Shown here one piece after another: positions 60,161-64,000 of a stretch of DNA of 64,000 nucleotides. Source of the stretch: Stylophora pistillata (taxonomy: Eukaryota); the NCBI RefSeq assembly GCF_002571385.2, contig NW_019218237.1, positions 17,916 through 81,915 on the forward strand, written 5' to 3'. Within the stretch, counting starts at the first letter, position 1. Each line of letters begins with the position of its first letter. Position numbers and translations under genes: made by a program. The notes below the pieces were generated by a model. That model was given only the letters and a program-made list of their open reading frames with translations, was not told where the DNA came from and searched no databases.

Positions 60161-61679
60161 CTTCTCAAATAAGTTGAAGATTTTGCTGTATACAGAGAAT
60201 GTGGCGATTTGGATGAACTATGGATGCCAACCACTTTTATCGGGCCCGCCCTTAAGCTAGTAGCTGAGGACGAAAAGAAGCAAGCTGAATTGCATGAGAC
60301 AATGTGAGAAACGTTGTGGAACGTTGCCAACCTCACTTTTTCATAACCATTTCGCTTTCGTAGCACTCTTTGCTTAGTACATTCCTTCGCTTCCTGTACC
60401 GCGTTACGCGTTCTCGCGAAGGCCCTCGAACTGTCGTAAATGGGGAGGTGTTACGTTTTTGTATCTGACCCCTTTCCCCACCCCCCTCCAACGCCGAAGG
60501 AGAGTTAACAAACAATCAAGGATAGATGTGGAACAAAACAGGCAAATATAAAACAGCAAATGATCCCACGGCTGAACCACAATGTTTATTGATCACATTC
60601 CAGCCCCTCAGTAGAGAATTACTAAATACACGAGTACAAAACATACCATCGTTACGTCTTGAGTACATTCCCTTCCCCTACCCACCCCTAAAACGTTTTT
60701 ATTTACACTTAGGGTTTAGACTTCTATTCAATGCATAATAAGGTAGGCATGGGAACGTTGGGGTGCATGCGTAGTAAAACAATTATGTGCCGGCTTTTTT
60801 GTGGGAGAAGTACAAATCCGCGAGAGAGATGGGCTGGCAGCTGTATTCACTTCTCGTTCTCCTTACGGCGGCACTGCCGATGGATTCAGTTTTGGCAGGA
60901 TGGCGAGAATCATTAGGGCCTTGGCTAGCGTTATCTTCGGCTACGGCAGATAACACAAGCCTCCCAATCGGCCATGATAATTCCCGCTTCATACCGGGCA
61001 ATATTTAGAGTTCTGGTTATTTCTTATCCCGTTTGGACCACCGAAAGTGATTTTTGAAATAGCAGGGACTCGAGATTTTATCCAATGTAAAATTACAGAC
61101 ACACTGCGCGGCTCAAGCCCCCATCTGGCATGCACTTCTTTCACTGCTAGGCCGTAGGAGCCTGGCGTAGGGGCTGAGGTATGATAAGATAGCTAAAATC
61201 GAGTTTTAGGCGTCTATCGGAAAAGAAGACTCTTTTGGAAAGTTACGGGTATGGAGCAAGAGATTATTCATAATTTCTTGGCACAGAGCTAATCAAAACA
61301 TGGCGATGAATAGGCACTAGAAGCCATAGACAAAAACCTCTTTTTTAATTTCAATTTTAATATACGACTTCTGCGTCATTTGATAAATTACCAGAGTTGT
61401 CGATCATTTCTCGGAGCATACCTGCATTAGACATAGTCAAAGTCTATGCCATATCTATACCATATCTATGCCATATCAGAGATCGATGGCAGCACGCAAA
61501 AAAGTATATAAATATATAAATAAAAGAAGGCAAAAAGATGCAGCTTCATAATCAGAGTACTTCCTAGGACAGACAATAAACTCTCAGATGTGGTTAATAC
61601 AAGAACCCAAAAATATATTTTGACCACACGTTAGTACGATAACTAATCTTTCAAACAATTCGTAATGAAATGTTTCTAA

Positions 61680-63358
61680 TTAGGCTATTGACGAAAGATC
61701 TTGATATGGAACAGAACTGGAGGATTCATTTCGCTTCCTGCAATAGCAGTATCCTTTATCCCGGCAAAACCCTATACCCAGCAGGACAATGCCGATGGCA
61801 AAAACTATCCCTGGCCATAAAAAGGAATGCATCAGCTTCATCCGATCGCTCTTCAATAGTCTTTGTGTAAAAGCTTCCTTGAGGTTTTTGGGATTGTAAT
61901 AGCAGGTATACGTGTCGTTAACTCCACCATAATTGATCCAGAAGACTGTCACATTTCCGTCGTTATAGAAGTCTTCGTAGTCACACGGCTGAGTGCTGCA
62001 CTGGAAGTTAAGATAAAAAGAAAAATAATCATACAGTCATTATCAGTACGATGGACTTTGGGTCTGGGTTCGAAATGGTTTCCAGGACCTTTTGATTTTT
62101 TTTTTTTTTTCAGCCCAAATGACGGTAAAACACAAAACTCAGTAGCAAATGAAATGACATGTGCAAATGACATAGCTTTTGTAGAAAGTCGTCAAAATAA
62201 GATTAGCGTTAGTTATGGGAAAGTCAACCAAACTGATTAAATAACCTCACCAAATTATGTCTTCATTTATAACAGATTCTAATGCGGTTGTTTTTTTTCA
62301 GGCGATGAGGTCAAATGATTACGTATCGCCATTCGTATAACATAATGGTTGGATGATTTTTTTGCGTTTTGGAGCACTATCATTGGTGCATTTTGATCTT
62401 TGTCTTTTTTACAAGTTCATATTGTTCCTACGTAGGTCAGGCCACTTTTCTATTGTTGTTATGCATTTTGATTGTGTACAATCGTGCTTCTGGAATTTCG
62501 ATTGCACTGGCTCTTGATTTTATTTGAAAGAATTAAATAAACTATTCGTAATACAGCAAAATATATATATATACAGTTATATGTAGAGTTATAGAAATAC
62601 GAAGACTATGGTTTCATCCCTACAAGCCTGTTTCGTGACTGTTTCAGGCTTGTGGGGATGTAAGCGTAGTCTTTGTATTTTTCTAACTCAACATATATTG
62701 CGCTCTACTTTTGTATCGAGCACTGTAACACAGAAAAATTGAAACGCAGGCTTATATATACTATCTATATATTATAACTATATATCTGCAATTAATACGG
62801 TTTTAGGGACTGTCCTTCTGCGTACTTACCAGAAGTGGCACCTCAAGTGAATTACAATTATTATTTAGATACGAACTGAAAGATTCGTAATGGTTCGGAC
62901 GATAGACGTGTCATTTTGTTCGCTATCTTTCGACCCCTTACCATGTAAACCTGAATTTCCCGACACGAAGATCATTTCTTGAAAAATTCTGCCCTATTTT
63001 CTGGTCTTACCTTATTTTTCTCCCTGTTGCTATTTTCATACAGGTAGGCTATGTGTTCTTCACCATTAACGTACAAAGCAACTTTTATCTGAAGGCAAGG
63101 GTAAGTGGACTTGGCCGATATGAAGGAGGGACGGTCGTTAGTGCAACTACAATTCATCCTGTCGCTTGCTACTTCAGTGGAGATGACTCTACAGCCGGAC
63201 GTTTTCAGTTCCATGTCGTACACTGCGAAACGTGCAACTGTCAAACCGAGGACTATCACAGCCACAACACCAATCACCAACAAAACAGTCCCGAACACTG
63301 TAAAATTATCGCCAGTAGTATGTTTTCGAGAGCTCTCTGAGACCTTCTCATTTTCCAT
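61680..63358 (-). CDS. BK channel beta-subunit-like protein 2 (KCNMB/CaKB family), 2 exons, ~222 aa
   Basis: Exons 63011-63358 (ATG of MENEK; donor gtaaga) and 61680-62000 (acceptor ttccag). Same intron position as paralog 1 (NK|CSTQPCD); STYPCLQIKV, YTCYYNP, LMHSFLWP. Confidence 0.8.
62586..62733. mobile_element. Inverted-pair terminal remnant of a probable third PLE family, in the KCNMB-like 2 intron
   Basis: Imperfect arms 62586-62630 and 62645-62689 (aagactatggtttcatccctacaagcctg / caggcttgtggggatgtaagcgtagtcttt). The minus strand has cGAAAcaggc, a hammerhead 3' half. Confidence 0.5.
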
Positions 63359-63691
63359 TTTGAGCCACAATGTCTTCAGCTTGAACGAGTTGTAATGCAA
63401 GACTTCTGACTAGTTACTGCTATTAGGTAAGATAAGAATTGTCGAAATAAACCAATCCCAGAAAACCGGAAAAGGAAACCACGATCAGAATAATTATTTC
63501 AAGTCACGTTTTGTCACGGCAGCTGCACTTGATGCATGAACGACCACGAAGCGTTTTCAGTTTATTCCACAGTTAGCTAGTTGGTATCAAGAGTAAAGTA
63601 AAATGCCAAAGTAAAAATTAATATATACACTATATAATAAATTCCCAAACAAGTAAGCAAACAAATAAATAAATGGCAAACAAATAAATAG

Positions 63692-63733
<42 letters not shown>

Positions 63734-64000
63734 AAGGCATGCAGGAACAAAAGAACGAATCAATGATGTTAGTGTGAACAAGCGTTAGGCGGGTTTCCGC
63801 TTCTCCCTTCTTCGTCATTTTAATCGCGATTTGGGTCAAAAGGAGACTAATTTCGGTTCTACGGTATTTTGATGAGTTTCCAATTCGCCGGAATGACATT
63901 GGTCCCTTCTGACAGGCTTCACAACAGAGTAGTGTTGACACCGGCCCACACGAGTACGATAAAGATCTTTTTTTTTTTAATGACGACCGTCAAGATACCA

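Noticed and set aside
63587-63941. Poly-Phe ORFs
   Set aside because: Reverse translation of a ~40-nt poly(A) tract.

Overview
AT-rich, intron-containing animal genomic DNA. The gene content and repeat families suggest a cnidarian, probably a stony coral (inference). The assembly is draft quality, with single-N joins at 2993, 41069 and 47360 and a 320-N gap at 56359-56678. All recognisable genes are on the minus strand. (1) A tandem cluster of polycystin-1-like (PKD1L/REJ family) genes. Paralog B (22976-38930) has 17 coding exons and about 2348 aa: signal peptide, F5/8C discoidin, SEA-like, REJ, GAIN/GPS, TM1, PLAT and polycystin channel; it looks intact. Paralog A (<1-12654) has the same exon phases, lacks the GAIN-B and GPS/TM1 exons in frame, and carries two premature stops. 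A decayed channel C-terminal fragment of a third paralog lies near 45 kb. (2) A large Ser/Thr/Pro mucin-like exon with 62-aa repeats (47.4-49.8 kb). (3) Two 2-exon BK-channel beta-subunit (KCNMB/CaKB)-like genes flanking an intronless class A GPCR. Non-coding DNA holds Penelope-like retroelement ends with minimal hammerhead ribozyme motifs, a tRNA-containing element with the same inverted architecture, LINE 3' ends, MITEs, a 119-bp satellite and several probable assembly artefacts. Exon boundaries were read by hand from GT/AG sites, reading phase and A-versus-B comparison; no database searches were run.
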